NCBI GenBank assembly: GCA_002293685.1
Contig: DBDS01000007.1
Coordinates: 40,140 to 104,139 of the forward strand
Source: Patescibacteria group bacterium UBA926
GTDB taxonomy: Bacteria; Patescibacteriota; Doudnabacteria; UBA920
Direction: 5' to 3'
DNA length: 64,000 nucleotides
In this document: one piece after another, positions 48,157-59,247 of the stretch
Layout: each line of letters starts with the position of its first letter
How positions within the stretch are numbered: position 1 is the stretch's first letter
The notes under the pieces: model-generated
What the model saw: the letters and a program-made list of their open reading frames with translations, nothing else
Databases searched by the model: none
Told to the model about the DNA's origin: nothing
Made by a program: the position numbers and the translations under genes

Positions 48157-50079
48157 TTAAACTTCGATAACTACCGGAAGAATCATAGGGCGGCGCTGGG
48201 TTTTTTGAAATAAATATTCTCCAATATCATCGCGAACTTTTTGACGTAAGTCTGCCCAGTTTGGTTCACCGGTTTTATTACCATTACCTTCCACGATTTT
48301 ACGAATCTCGTGTTTCACTTCGCGAATCAATTCGTCGTTGTTTTTCATGTAGACGAAACCGCGGGAAAGAATTTCTGGGGGATTGATGAGCTTGCCAGTA
48401 TGACGATCAACAGTAGTGATGATTACGAACATACCGTCTTGAGCCATTGCTTGTCGGTCGCGAATTACAACTTCACCAACGTCACCGATACCCAATCCGT
48501 CTACGAATACGTAACCGGAAGGAACTTTTTCGTTGAGCTGTTTAGCTTCACCGCGTTGGTTAATCTCCAAGATTGAACCGTTTTCCAAAAGGAAACAATT
48601 TTCTTCAGGAAGACCAATGCTTTGCGCTAATTTTGCGTGAGCGGCAAGCATGTGCAATTCACCGTGAATCGGTACGAAGAACTTTGGTTTAACTAATTGA
48701 ATCATTAGTTTAAGTTCTTCTTGTTGACCGTGTCCACCGGTGTGAATGTCGAGCACTTTGTTGTAAATTACGTTCGCACCTAAACGAGTTAGGTTGTCGA
48801 TAACAGTAACGATGGAACGTTCGTTTCCAGGAATGCTGGAAGCTGAAATAACAACTGTGTCATCTTTTTTAATTTTTACAAAGCGATGTTCACCGCGCGA
48901 CATACGGGCGAGCTGTGAGCTTTCTTCACCTTGACCACCTGTTGAAAGAATCAAAATTTGGTTGTCAGGGTACTTACTAGCTTGCTCCGATTTAATAATA
49001 ATTTTCGGTTGGATTTTAATGTAACCCATCGAAATCGCTGTTTCTAGAGTGTTAACAATACTGCGTCCAGTAACAATAACTTTACGGTTGTACTTTGCAG
49101 AAAGGTCGAACACTTGTTGAATACGCGCAATCAAAGATGAGAAACTTGTGAATACAATACGACCCTTTGCATCTTGGAAGATACGGTCCATAGTACGTCC
49201 AATTTCCTTTTCCGATTGAGAGTAACCAGGCTTAATCGCGTTGGTTGAGTCGCTCATCAAAGCAAGTACGCCTTCGCCACCGAAGCTGGCAATTTTATGG
49301 AATTCGGTTTGTACTTCGTTCACTGGAGTGTGGTCAAATTTCCAGTCACCAGTATGAATAACTTGGCCGATTGGGGTTTTGATAGATAGTCCTACAGAAT
49401 CAGGGATGTTGTGGTTTACCGCAAAGAAGCGAATTTGAAAGTTACCGAGAGGAACCATGTCGTCACGCTGGACAACATTAATTTTTGCCCGTTCCGCTAA
49501 GTTAAATTCTTCGAGACGCTTTTTAATCATTCCCGCTGATAGTTGCAAAGTGTAAATTGGTGGATCACCAAGTTTTGCTAGTAAGTAGGGGATAGCACCG
49601 ATATGGTCCATGTGACCATGAGTCACAAAGAGACCGCGAATATTATCTTTTTTATCTTCCAGATATTTTGTTTCTGGAATGATGTAGTCGATTCCAGGAG
49701 TGGTTTCGTCCGGAAACGCAAAACCAGCATCAACAATAATGATGTCATTACCAAATTCGTAAGCCATCATGTTTGCTCCGACTTCTTCAAGACCACCCAA
49801 TGGGATGATGCGAAGTGTGTCGCGAGAAACTGTATAAACACTGTTAGAGCCAGAGGCTATTCTTTCCAGTGGTGTGATTTTACTTTCGGTCGGCATAATA
49901 GGAAATTTGCGACCATTGGAGCGAGACTTGGAACCATTACCAGAATGTGTTCGGCCTGCAGAGATTGCTGGTTTGTTATTTGAAGCATTTGGCCGGGAAG
50001 GCCGTGCGGTCGGTCTTGCCGGACCGCGAGAGTGTGATGTTCTTCGGGAATCTCCGTCAGAACTTGTTTTTTTTACCAT
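48157..50079 (-). CDS. rnj: Ribonuclease J with basic disordered N-terminal extension
   Basis: IIPLGGLEEVGANM, THGHMDHIG, HTGDWKFD, HTGGH, PIHGE, RRPMILPV. Confidence 0.95.
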   Translation of the reverse strand: MVKKTSSDGDSRRTSHSRGPARPTARPSRPNASNNKPAISAGRTHSGNGSKSRSNGRKFPIMPTESKITPLERIASGSNSVYTVSRDTLRIIPLGGLEEVGANMMAYEFGNDIIIVDAGFAFPDETTPGIDYIIPETKYLEDKKDNIRGLFVTHGHMDHIGAIPYLLAKLGDPPIYTLQLSAGMIKKRLEEFNLAERAKINVVQRDDMVPLGNFQIRFFAVNHNIPDSVGLSIKTPIGQVIHTGDWKFDHTPVNEVQTEFHKIASFGGEGVLALMSDSTNAIKPGYSQSEKEIGRTMDRIFQDAKGRIVFTSFSSLIARIQQVFDLSAKYNRKVIVTGRSIVNTLETAISMGYIKIQPKIIIKSEQASKYPDNQILILSTGGQGEESSQLARMSRGEHRFVKIKKDDTVVISASSIPGNERSIVTVIDNLTRLGANVIYNKVLDIHTGGHGQQEELKLMIQLVKPKFFVPIHGELHMLAAHAKLAQSIGLPEENCFLLENGSILEINQRGEAKQLNEKVPSGYVFVDGLGIGDVGEVVIRDRQAMAQDGMFVIITTVDRHTGKLINPPEILSRGFVYMKNNDELIREVKHEIRKIVEGNGNKTGEPNWADLRQKVRDDIGEYLFQKTQRRPMILPVVIEV

Positions 50080-50434
50080 AGTTTATAAATGTACGTTTTC
50101 CGTACTTTGATTATAGAAAAAGTTTTTGCATTTCTGTGAGAACTTTCAATTTCTGTGCACGGAACGCCTAAAAAATTGTTCGCGTCGTGCGGGTGAACTT
50201 GTTGAAAATTCTGTAACATCCGGAATTGCATCGAAAAACTTAGATGCTAATAGCAAAAACTTTTTCATTAATAATTTTTGTGTTGATAGAATTCGAGAAA
50301 TTTTGGTCTGTATAATTTTGTCTCCAAAATAAATCTAAGATTCTAGGAATCAGGGAAGTGGCTTCCGGGGCCGCCTTCGCATGACTTTTACAAACATCTT
50401 GTTTGCAATTAACACATGAATGCTTACTTGATCT

Positions 50435-50470
50435 GTCATCCCAAGTCCGCTAAAGACGGATTAAGGATCT
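50435..50470. repeat. Degenerate half copy of family A
   Basis: GTCATCCCAAGTCCGCTAAAGACGGATTAAGGATCT. Confidence 0.55.
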
Positions 50471-50587
50471 CAAATAAAAACTCATCTATTAATTGAGTAA
50501 GTTTAGTATACCAGTCATTGGCTTTTTTGTCAACCAACTTTTACCAGAAAACCCTTAAATAAAGGGTATTTTGACCAGTGTTGTATT

Positions 50588-52342
50588 TTAATTTTTTTGC
50601 AAAACCCGTTTAGTTTCTAAATACCAATCGCGAAGATTGAAGAAGCGCACGGTTTCATCGGGCATTTTAGAAACAGAGAAGCCCTTGATATTGTCGTTGA
50701 TTGCGTAAGTGTAAACAGATTGAACCAAAAAGATGGCTGGTAAATCTTGCTTCATAATATTATGAAGTTGAATGTACTTCTCATCTCGAATAGTTCTATC
50801 TGTGGTTGCTCGCGCTTCACTAATTAAAGCATCAACAGCATTGTTGGCGTAGCTGGATAAGTTAAGTCCTGGCGCTTTGGTCTGACTGGAATGCCAGAAT
50901 ACAAATGGGTCAGGATCGGCGCCAAGCTTGTGTGCAAACAAAAGCATGTCGTACGCGCGTGGTTGAATAACTTGTTCGTTTAATTCACGAGTTGGCATTG
51001 AAATCAACTCAACTTCAACCCCAAGCTCACGCCATTGCTCGATGATCATTTCTGCTGCGCGTAAATTTATCCAATTTTCGTTGGTTGCTAAACGGTACTT
51101 AAGTTGCTGGGTTCCTTTTTGACGTACGTTCCCGCCTTCAGGATAAAACCACCCTGCTTGTTCAAGTAAAAGCTTCGCTTCATCTAGATTAGTATTTGAA
51201 GTTGGTTCGGGTAAATTGGAAACTTGCTGAGCTAGAATTGGACTTTCGATTAGTAAACCTTGGTTGTCAAAAACTTCACTTAGAATTGCGGACTTATCGG
51301 TTGCTGTGTTTAAAGCTTGGCGAACACGAACTTCACCTAAACTTCTTACAGTTGTATTGAAGAATAAGGCTTGATATTGAGGTAAAGGAATTTGATGAAT
51401 AGTTAAACCTTTGGCGGACTGTCTAACTTGAACTCGGTTTTCAAACTGATTAAAACCAAAACCAGAAATTAGGTTGCCGTGTAATGCTTTTAATAAACTC
51501 TCAGCGTCATCAAAGAATTTAATTTCGACACTTTTAATGTAGCTTGGGCGGGTGTGGAAATTATTGAAAGCTTTTAAGGAGATACTCTGAACAGAGCCAT
51601 CAGTTAATTGACTAACTTCATTAACTTGATATGGTCCATTCCCAATCGGTTGAATATTGCCTTGTGATTGAATGAATTCTTCAGGTGATAATTTACTCCA
51701 AATCGTTTCACTGATTATCGGCAGTGTGAGATTGTTTAAAAATGGTCCAGAAGGTGCGCTGAGCGTAAACTGCACCGTCCTTTCATCAATAGCAGTGACA
51801 GTTGTAGAAAGCCAATCTATACGTTTCGGACTATTGTATTCTGGGTTTTGAAGTGTGCGAATAGTGTAAACTACATCCGAGCTAGTTACGGTTAAGCCGT
51901 TGTGCCATTGAGCATCACGAAGTTTGATAGTGTAGACTTTGCGGTCATCCGAAATTTCTGGAAAGTTTTCTGCTAAATCTGGTTCAACCTTCCCTTCAGC
52001 ATCATATTTATAAAGCCCCGCATAGATTAAGTTTACTAACGCTCTATCGGTACTAGAGGTTGCGTAGAGGGGATTGATAAATCTTGGTTGGCCAATAATT
52101 CCTTCAATGTAATTTCCTCCTGAATTAGGAACAACAGCAGTGTATGCTCCAAGGAAATTTCTGGAAGAGAAGCCGAAACTGACTAGGGCAACTAAGACTA
52201 AAGCAATCCAGATTCGCTTTTCGAATTTACCCATTAATGAAAAAACTCTCCTGAAGCCGGAAAGTCGGGTTTGAGGTAATACGCGCAATCCTTCGAGGAT
52301 GCGTTTACTTTGCACTGATAAATTGTTACTAAAACTATTCAC
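50588..52342 (-). CDS. Peptide ABC transporter substrate-binding protein (SBP family 5)
   Basis: GQPRFINP, PDLAE, PIGNGPY, DPDPFVFWHSSQ. Confidence 0.9.
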   Translation of the reverse strand: MNSFSNNLSVQSKRILEGLRVLPQTRLSGFRRVFSLMGKFEKRIWIALVLVALVSFGFSSRNFLGAYTAVVPNSGGNYIEGIIGQPRFINPLYATSSTDRALVNLIYAGLYKYDAEGKVEPDLAENFPEISDDRKVYTIKLRDAQWHNGLTVTSSDVVYTIRTLQNPEYNSPKRIDWLSTTVTAIDERTVQFTLSAPSGPFLNNLTLPIISETIWSKLSPEEFIQSQGNIQPIGNGPYQVNEVSQLTDGSVQSISLKAFNNFHTRPSYIKSVEIKFFDDAESLLKALHGNLISGFGFNQFENRVQVRQSAKGLTIHQIPLPQYQALFFNTTVRSLGEVRVRQALNTATDKSAILSEVFDNQGLLIESPILAQQVSNLPEPTSNTNLDEAKLLLEQAGWFYPEGGNVRQKGTQQLKYRLATNENWINLRAAEMIIEQWRELGVEVELISMPTRELNEQVIQPRAYDMLLFAHKLGADPDPFVFWHSSQTKAPGLNLSSYANNAVDALISEARATTDRTIRDEKYIQLHNIMKQDLPAIFLVQSVYTYAINDNIKGFSVSKMPDETVRFFNLRDWYLETKRVLQKN

Positions 52343-52360
52343 AATAAGGCTTGTGCCAGA

Positions 52361-52588
52361 TTAGCGATTGAGGAGGACAATTGTTAAGCTAATGCCAGCG
52401 AATAAAACCCCGAGTACAATTGTCGCATAGAATAACCATTTATCTGAACCACGGCGAGTAGTAACAACACCACCACCACCAAAAACGTTGGATAAACCAG
52501 CAGATTTATTTTGAAGGGTGACAGTAATGATCAATAAAACCATAACTACCATGTCGATAATTGTTAGAATATACGCTAGATTTCTCAT
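52361..52588 (-). CDS. secG: Preprotein translocase subunit SecG
   Basis: LQNKSAGLSNVFGG..TRRGSDKWL, two TM helices. Confidence 0.9.
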   Translation of the reverse strand: MRNLAYILTIIDMVVMVLLIITVTLQNKSAGLSNVFGGGGVVTTRRGSDKWLFYATIVLGVLFAGISLTIVLLNR

Positions 52589-52703
52589 AGATTTTGTGTC
52601 GGGAAGTTAAAAATTAAGCTTAGTCATTATAGTAATTTGAGGCAGTTGTGTCAATTAAACCTGGAAGGTATAATTGAAAGCGAAAACTAAGGAGGGAAAA
52701 TTG

Positions 52704-53024
52704 ATGGCATGGGGAGATAATAGTAAATTTTCGGAAGACGAACCATTGTGGTCGTTGGTTAAAGAAAGCTCAGGCAGTACTACAATTACACTAATGGCAG
52801 AGACCAGGACTGCTCGCGATGAACGACATAGCGGTAAAGAGCCCAGTGACCGCAAAGAGACAGTGGTTGATTTGGACGAAGATCTCAATCGCTTCATTAA
52901 CAAAAACCGTCGCGATTGTAGACATGAGGAGTTGCTTGCTTTAATTCAAGTGGTATCGGTAGAATCCGTCGCGCTTGAAGCGAGGAAGATTCGAGCACAA
53001 AAGACTACTTCAAGTATTTTATGA
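52704..53024 (+). CDS. Orphan protein
   Basis: SD AAGGAGG before ATG 52704; upstream TATAAT. Confidence 0.5.
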   Translation: MAWGDNSKFSEDEPLWSLVKESSGSTTITLMAETRTARDERHSGKEPSDRKETVVDLDEDLNRFINKNRRDCRHEELLALIQVVSVESVALEARKIRAQKTTSSIL

Positions 53025-54891
53025 TGGCCTCAGCTTTTGCTTCACCAACGAGCTTGGTGAGTTCTTCTATCGGTGCGTGTTTGATTTGATCAACCGTACC
53101 GATTTTTTGTTTCAGTAATTTTTTAGTTTTTGGTCCGATTCCTGGAATCGAGTCGAGTGCAGATTTTGTAGCCTGTTTGCTTCGCAAAGATTTATGGAAT
53201 GTGATGCCAAATCTATGGGCTTCGTCGCGAAGTCTTTGTAATAGTTGAAGAACTGGATTGTCGTGGGACAATACTATCGGATCTTTTTGGTTGGGTAAAA
53301 AGATTTCTTCGATTCGCTTGGCAAGTCCAATCACAGGGATTTTGAGTTTAGCTTCTTTTAATGCTTCTACAGCCATTTTGAGCTGACCTTTACCACCGTC
53401 TATAACTAGCAAGTCTGGAATAGGCCACGCGTCTTTGGGGTCGGTAGGATTTACGCGAGTAAGTCGTCGCCCCAGCATCTGTTTCATCATGGCGAAATCG
53501 TCTGGAGTTTGTTTACCTGTGATTTTAAATTTGCGATACTCAGATTTTGCAGCAACACCATCTTTGGCGACGACCATACTTCCAACCGGATTGGTTCCTT
53601 GCGTGTTGCTTATGTCGTAGCCTTCAATCCGTCTTGGGGTAGTTGGCAATTTGAGTAATTTTTTTAACTCAGCCAAAGTTTCTTGAATCAAATCTGAATT
53701 ACTAGCTTGACTGCGTTGCCATTTCATCAGATGTTCCTTTGCATTTGTTTCACCCATGGCAATGAGTTTTAGTTTTTGACCACGAGTAGGGGAGCTAATC
53801 GCGATTTTAGTTTTGGTACGTGTTGCTAGAAGTGTAGTGAGTAATGGTTTGTTTGGTAGTTCGATTTGGGTGAAAATTTCCTTTGGTAAATCGGTCGCTT
53901 CGGCGTAATACATCTCTGAAAAAGCTTGAAGCACAGTTGCTCCGCGTTCTTCTTCTGGAATCGCCAACAAATTTTGATACAAGAAATTCTCTTTGTCCAT
54001 TAATTTGCCTTCGCGGACCTTGAAAAGGTTTACTCCAGCTGTGAGGCTGTCGCAGTAAATTGAAATAAAGTCCCATGACACTTTTTTGGTTAGAACCGTG
54101 AGTTGCTTTTCTTGCAGAACGGCAATGGCTTTGAATTCATCTCTAAGACGCGCCGCTTTCTCGAACTGTTTTCGTCTCGCCGCGACTTTCATCTCGGCTT
54201 GAATTTGTTTAACTATTGGTGCGGTTTGGCCAGAAAGGAACAAAGAAATTTTTTGAATGTGCAAATCATATTCTTCAGGAGACATTAAGCCGATGCAAAC
54301 TCCTGGACAACGATGGAGGAAATAATAGAAGCACGGGCGCTTGCCGACTTCTTTGTTGGCGCAAAAATGAAAGACGCGCCTAACTAAGTCTAAAGTTTGC
54401 CCAATTTTTTTGGTTGATGAGTACGGTCCGAAGAATTTATCCCGGGTTTTTTCCTCCCTTCGGGATGAAGTCAAGGAATCTAAGTTTTCCCCTCCTCGCT
54501 TGCGAGGAGGGGTGGCCCGTAGGGCCGGGGTGGTGTCTTCAACTTTACGAACATAAGTAATTTGCGGAATCTCAGTAGAATAATCGATTTTAATAAACGC
54601 GTAATTTTTATCATCACGCAACATGATGTTGTACGGAGGGAGATGCTCTTTAATCAGAGTATTTTCTAAGAATAAACTTTCGAGTTCGGAGTTCACTACT
54701 ATATAATCGAAATCGGTTGCTTCAGCCATAAGGAAGGGGAGTTGAGCACGGGTGTCTGTGCCAGAAAAATATTGTGCCAATCGACTACGCAAAACTTTTG
54801 CTTTTCCCACATACAAAACAGTTCCAGTTTTATCTAGGAACTTGTAAACGCCCGGCTTGCGGGGAACGTCCTTGACTTTGTTTTTCAGCAT
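53005..54891 (-). CDS. uvrC: Excinuclease ABC subunit C with repeat-derived insert
   Basis: GIY-YIG (PGVY..YVGKA), UVR domain, RIEGYDISN, DGGKGQL, RDEAHRF, HhH. Confidence 0.96.
   Translation of the reverse strand: MLKNKVKDVPRKPGVYKFLDKTGTVLYVGKAKVLRSRLAQYFSGTDTRAQLPFLMAEATDFDYIVVNSELESLFLENTLIKEHLPPYNIMLRDDKNYAFIKIDYSTEIPQITYVRKVEDTTPALRATPPRKRGGENLDSLTSSRREEKTRDKFFGPYSSTKKIGQTLDLVRRVFHFCANKEVGKRPCFYYFLHRCPGVCIGLMSPEEYDLHIQKISLFLSGQTAPIVKQIQAEMKVAARRKQFEKAARLRDEFKAIAVLQEKQLTVLTKKVSWDFISIYCDSLTAGVNLFKVREGKLMDKENFLYQNLLAIPEEERGATVLQAFSEMYYAEATDLPKEIFTQIELPNKPLLTTLLATRTKTKIAISSPTRGQKLKLIAMGETNAKEHLMKWQRSQASNSDLIQETLAELKKLLKLPTTPRRIEGYDISNTQGTNPVGSMVVAKDGVAAKSEYRKFKITGKQTPDDFAMMKQMLGRRLTRVNPTDPKDAWPIPDLLVIDGGKGQLKMAVEALKEAKLKIPVIGLAKRIEEIFLPNQKDPIVLSHDNPVLQLLQRLRDEAHRFGITFHKSLRSKQATKSALDSIPGIGPKTKKLLKQKIGTVDQIKHAPIEELTKLVGEAKAEAIIKYLK
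54488..54534 (+). repeat. Family B repeat inside uvrC
   Basis: TCCCCTCCTCGCTTGCGAGGAGGGGTGGCCCGTAGGGCCGGGGTGGT; read on the minus strand as TTPALRATPPRKRGGE. Confidence 0.9.
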
Positions 54892-54935
54892 ACCTATATT
54901 ATATACACTTTAAACTTGATTACGAAGGGGGGATT

Positions 54936-55319
54936 ATGAAGGTCTTTGCAGGGATAGTATGTTTTTGTTTAGGTTTGTTGTTTATCGCTTTGCTGGCGTA
55001 TATATTGCACATCTCATCAGATTATAGAGGTCTGTGGCTCGCTCTAAAAATATTTTATGGTGGAGCGGTAGCAATGATGGCGTATTGCATGTTTAAATTT
55101 TCTCTCAGATTCTTTAAGGATTGGCAATTCGATAGAGAGTTAGATATCCTCGCTAAGAATTACCAAGAATCCGAACCGGGGCAATTGGAGTTAGATTGTT
55201 CTTCTCAACGTTTAGCGAACGAGTTTTGGCGATTATATAAAGACACTCAGAATGGTCGAATGTATGATCGGCAAAAATATGATTCTGAAAATAAAAAGCT
55301 ACGTTTCAAAAAGCGGTAA
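54936..55319 (+). CDS. Hypothetical membrane protein
   Basis: Two TM segments, purine-rich SD. Confidence 0.55.
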   Translation: MKVFAGIVCFCLGLLFIALLAYILHISSDYRGLWLALKIFYGGAVAMMAYCMFKFSLRFFKDWQFDRELDILAKNYQESEPGQLELDCSSQRLANEFWRLYKDTQNGRMYDRQKYDSENKKLRFKKR

Positions 55320-55443
55320 CAGCTTTTAACCCTACACTTCATTTTGAGGTGTAGGGTTCTTGTTTTTTTGTGAAATTTCTGCTAGCGTTATTAAAGTTTC
55401 AAGAAAAACTCAAGAAACCAAATTAGAGAAACATAATAACCTT

Positions 55444-58329
55444 ATGCCCAAGAAAACCCCTTTAAAAGCTTCTAAAACTACTGTTAAAAGCAATGAACAC
55501 AAGATTGTGGTTCGTGGTGCGCGCGTGCACAATTTAAAAAATGTTGATATAGATTTGCCACGTCACAAACTGATTGTGATGACCGGATTGTCTGGTAGCG
55601 GTAAATCGTCTTTAGCTTTCGACACTATTTATGCCGAAGGTCAGCGTCGTTACGTTGAGTCTTTGTCGGCTTATGCGCGCCAATTCATCGGCTTAATGGA
55701 TAAGCCAGATGTCGATAAAATTGAAGGATTGTCTCCAGCGATTTCCATCGATCAAAAATCTGCATCACACAATCCAAGATCTACTGTCGGTACTGTTACC
55801 GAAATTTATGACTACATGAGATTGCTTTACGCACGTATCGGAATTCCTCATTGTCCGGTTTGCGGTAAGCGCGTTGAAGGTCAGACTCTTCAAGCCATGG
55901 TAGAAAATATTTTGGCGATGCCCGAGGGAAGTCGAATCATGTTGTTAGCTCCTTTAATCCGCGATCAAAAAGGTGAACACAAGCTCGTGTTCGAGCAACT
56001 TAAAAAATCTGGATTTTCCAGAGTTCGTGTTGATGGTTCAATCATGGATTTAACAGAAGCTGCCCAATTAAATTTAGATAAACAAAAGAAACATTCCATC
56101 GAAGTAATTGTCGACCGCATTGCAGTTAATAAAGAAGACCGTGCAAGACTCTCCGAAAGCTTAGAAAAGACTTTAGATTATGGAGACCAATCTGCTTTAG
56201 TCTTGGTGATGAAAAATGATTCTGTGGAAAAAGAAATTCCGTTATCTCAAAAATTTGCTTGTCCAAGCGGACATGCTATCGCCCTAACCGAACTTGATCC
56301 TCGTGAATTTTCCTTCAACAGTCCTCACGGTGCTTGTCCTGAATGTAAAGGTTTGGGAACAAAACTTACTGTTGAACCAGACCTAGTAATCGCTAACCCA
56401 AAATTGACTTTAGCCGAGGGCGCAATCAGACCATGGAGTAAAACAACTTCACGGGTGTCCTGGTATTCTAGGGTGCTTGAATCAGTTGCAAAAGAATATG
56501 GTTTTTCGGTTAGTGTTCCTGTAAAAGATTTGCCAAAAAAAGCAATCGACATAATTATGAACGGTACCGGCGGTAAAAAAATTATGATGCCAACCGAAGG
56601 CGGACGCTACTATCAAGCCAATTTTGAAGGCGTAATTGCTCAGCTGGAACGACGTTGGCGCGAAACCGAATCCGATTACATGCGCAATGAAATTGAAAAC
56701 TACATGCGGATTCGCAAGTGTGGAACTTGTGGCGGAAAACGGCTTAAGCCAGAAGTTCTTTCGGTCACAGTTGGAGGTGAGGGTATTGTCGAAGTTTCTC
56801 AAAAGTCCATAGAAGACGCTGCGGTGTTTTTTGAAGGGCTTCCAAAACTACTTAATGCCAAAGAAATGGCTATTGCCAATCTAATCTTAAAAGAAATTAC
56901 AGCCCGACTTAAATTCTTGTTGGACGTCGGCTTGTCGTACTTATCTCTGGATAGAGGCGCAGATACTCTTAGCGGTGGAGAAGCACAACGTATTCGTTTG
57001 GCAACCCAGATTGGTTCAGGCTTAACTGGTGTCCTCTATATATTGGATGAACCTTCGATTGGTTTGCATCAACGCGACAACACTCGCTTGCTCACTACTT
57101 TAAAAAATTTGCGTGATCTTGGTAATACCGTGATTGTGGTTGAACATGATGAAGAAACAATCCGTGAAGCGGATTACGTTGTCGACATTGGACCAGGAGC
57201 AGGAAAACATGGTGGTGAAATCGTCGCCGAAGGACTTCCCGCCGACATCGAAAAGAATAAAGTTTCAATTACCGGACAGTACTTAAGCGGTAAAGAAGAA
57301 ATTTCAATTCCAAAACGCCGCCGTCCAGGTAATGGTAAGAAATTACAAATCATTGGTGCGACCGAGAATAATTTAAAAGATGTAAGTGTCGATATCCCGC
57401 TAGGAAAATTTGTCTGCATCACTGGTGTTTCTGGAAGCGGAAAATCAACTTTATTGAATGACATTTTGGCGAAAGCTTTATCTAAGTATTTTTGGAATAG
57501 CAAAGACGAACCAGGTGAGCACAAGAAATTATTAGGAATTGATCATATCGACAAAGTAATCAACATTGACCAATCACCAATCGGTCGAACACCGCGCTCG
57601 AATCCTGCAACATACACAGGTATTTTCACTTACATCCGTGATTTATTCGCCGAAACTCGCGAAGCAAAAATGAAAGGCTATAAAGCCGGTCGTTTCAGCT
57701 TCAATGTTAAGGGCGGTCGTTGTGAAAAGTGTCAGGGTGACGGTGTGATAAAGGTAGAAATGAATTTCTTGCCTGATGTATATATCACTTGCGAAGAATG
57801 TAATGGCAAGCGCTACAACCGCGAAGCTTTGGAAATTCACTACAATGGAAAAACTATTTCTGATGTTTTGCAAATGACAGTGGATGAAGCAAAGCAATTT
57901 TACGCAAACGTTCCTCCAGTTAAGCGCAAACTGGATACTCTATCCGAAGTTGGACTAGGTTACATGCACCTTGGACAGAACGCAACCACATTGAGCGGTG
58001 GGGAAGCGCAGCGTATTAAACTTGCGACAGAGCTTTCTCGTGCGCAAACTGGCCGCACACTATATATCTTAGACGAACCAACCACAGGTCTTCACTTTGC
58101 AGACGTGAAGCGCCTAATTTATGTTCTCAATCAATTGGTTGAAAAAGGCAATACTGTAATCGTGATTGAACACAACTTAGATATGATTAAGACCGCCGAT
58201 TGGATAGTTGATCTTGGCCCGGAAGGTGGGGACAAAGGTGGAATTATAGTAGCAGCAGGAACGCCCGAAGATGTAGCTAAGGTGAAGAAAAGTTATACTG
58301 GTCAGTATTTGAAGAAAATGTTGAAATAG
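55444..58329 (+). CDS. uvrA: Excinuclease ABC subunit A
   Basis: Two ABC domains ([24 protein letters not shown]), zinc fingers; likely start is ATG 55444. Confidence 0.98.
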   Translation: MPKKTPLKASKTTVKSNEHKIVVRGARVHNLKNVDIDLPRHKLIVMTGLSGSGKSSLAFDTIYAEGQRRYVESLSAYARQFIGLMDKPDVDKIEGLSPAISIDQKSASHNPRSTVGTVTEIYDYMRLLYARIGIPHCPVCGKRVEGQTLQAMVENILAMPEGSRIMLLAPLIRDQKGEHKLVFEQLKKSGFSRVRVDGSIMDLTEAAQLNLDKQKKHSIEVIVDRIAVNKEDRARLSESLEKTLDYGDQSALVLVMKNDSVEKEIPLSQKFACPSGHAIALTELDPREFSFNSPHGACPECKGLGTKLTVEPDLVIANPKLTLAEGAIRPWSKTTSRVSWYSRVLESVAKEYGFSVSVPVKDLPKKAIDIIMNGTGGKKIMMPTEGGRYYQANFEGVIAQLERRWRETESDYMRNEIENYMRIRKCGTCGGKRLKPEVLSVTVGGEGIVEVSQKSIEDAAVFFEGLPKLLNAKEMAIANLILKEITARLKFLLDVGLSYLSLDRGADTLSGGEAQRIRLATQIGSGLTGVLYILDEPSIGLHQRDNTRLLTTLKNLRDLGNTVIVVEHDEETIREADYVVDIGPGAGKHGGEIVAEGLPADIEKNKVSITGQYLSGKEEISIPKRRRPGNGKKLQIIGATENNLKDVSVDIPLGKFVCITGVSGSGKSTLLNDILAKALSKYFWNSKDEPGEHKKLLGIDHIDKVINIDQSPIGRTPRSNPATYTGIFTYIRDLFAETREAKMKGYKAGRFSFNVKGGRCEKCQGDGVIKVEMNFLPDVYITCEECNGKRYNREALEIHYNGKTISDVLQMTVDEAKQFYANVPPVKRKLDTLSEVGLGYMHLGQNATTLSGGEAQRIKLATELSRAQTGRTLYILDEPTTGLHFADVKRLIYVLNQLVEKGNTVIVIEHNLDMIKTADWIVDLGPEGGDKGGIIVAAGTPEDVAKVKKSYTGQYLKKMLK

Positions 58330-58335
58330 AATTAT

Positions 58336-58358
58336 AAGCCCTCGCTTCGCGAGGGCTT
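58336..58358 (+). terminator. uvrA terminator
   Basis: AAGCCCTCGC-TTC-GCGAGGGCTT. Confidence 0.7.
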
Positions 58359-58370
58359 TGTGTAAGCTAA

Positions 58371-58478
58371 TCCTTACGGGTTTGTATGTTCGGTCTCTTG
58401 AGCTACGCCCGCCTAAATCTCCAATGAGATTTAGGCGGGCTGGGCTGCAAAGGCCCTCACTTAACAAACCCGTAAGGA
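58371..58478. other. Structured element with 15-bp terminal inverted repeats
   Basis: TCCTTACGGGTTTGT..ACAAACCCGTAAGGA enclosing a 15-bp hairpin. Confidence 0.6.
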
Positions 58479-58656
58479 GATCAAGAGAGAGTGTATAGTT
58501 GTGGTCGCAGCAAGCGCTCCACCTGTCAAAAAGGATAGGGTGGTAATAAAAAAATCCCACCTCGCTAGATGCGAAGTGGGTGTTTTGTTAAATGTCATCA
58601 AGGACATGCGGGTCTAATAGGAGACCAAGGGCGAGAGCAATGGGAACTCCGCAAGC

Positions 58657-58839
58657 TCAGTCGTTTTGAATTTCTTTTTCCTTTTGTTGAGCAGCTGTGA
58701 GGTGCTCGTCGGGAATCGTTTGTGCGATTTCCGTAACAATCTCATTTGTTACACTCTGACTCAGTTTTTGGTCCGGAGTCACTTTCAAAATTTCCTTAAC
58801 AGCTTCTTGTTTTAAAAGAGCTGTTTTTTGATTTGACAT
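58657..58839 (-). CDS. Small orphan protein
   Basis: 60 aa, SD AGGAGG. Confidence 0.5.
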   Translation of the reverse strand: MSNQKTALLKQEAVKEILKVTPDQKLSQSVTNEIVTEIAQTIPDEHLTAAQQKEKEIQND

Positions 58840-58861
58840 GATGTTTCCTCCTGAGTGAAAT

Positions 58862-59230
58862 CTATTTTCGGTAGTTCAAGTATATCAAAGAAACTATTTT
58901 TGACAAGTTGATTCCCATTAGTGCCACAAGTAGCCAGTAGTCTAGTTGGTGAGAAATAAATACTTGGTAAAGAACTCCAAGCGATAAGATAACAGAACCG
59001 GCAATCATGGCGGCGCGGTTTGCAATCATTCGGTGATGAGCTTCGCGTTCATCTTCTTTAGGACCTTCACCAACTAACGACATCGCCACGACATAAATAG
59101 CTAAAGCAACACCTATGCTTACCATAGCAGGCATCTTCATAGCTTCAGTCGATTGTGTTTGAGAAATAAGGTAGCCTGTTACAATCGCAAGGAATAGTAA
59201 AAGGGATAGGTAATATAAAATTAGCTTCAT
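58862..59230 (-). CDS. Membrane protein (DUF2178-like, DERE motif)
   Basis: Four TM segments, EDERE motif, downstream of an XRE HTH gene. Confidence 0.65.
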   Translation of the reverse strand: MKLILYYLSLLLFLAIVTGYLISQTQSTEAMKMPAMVSIGVALAIYVVAMSLVGEGPKEDEREAHHRMIANRAAMIAGSVILSLGVLYQVFISHQLDYWLLVALMGINLSKIVSLIYLNYRK

Positions 59231-59247
59231 AAATTTAGTTTAGCAGA

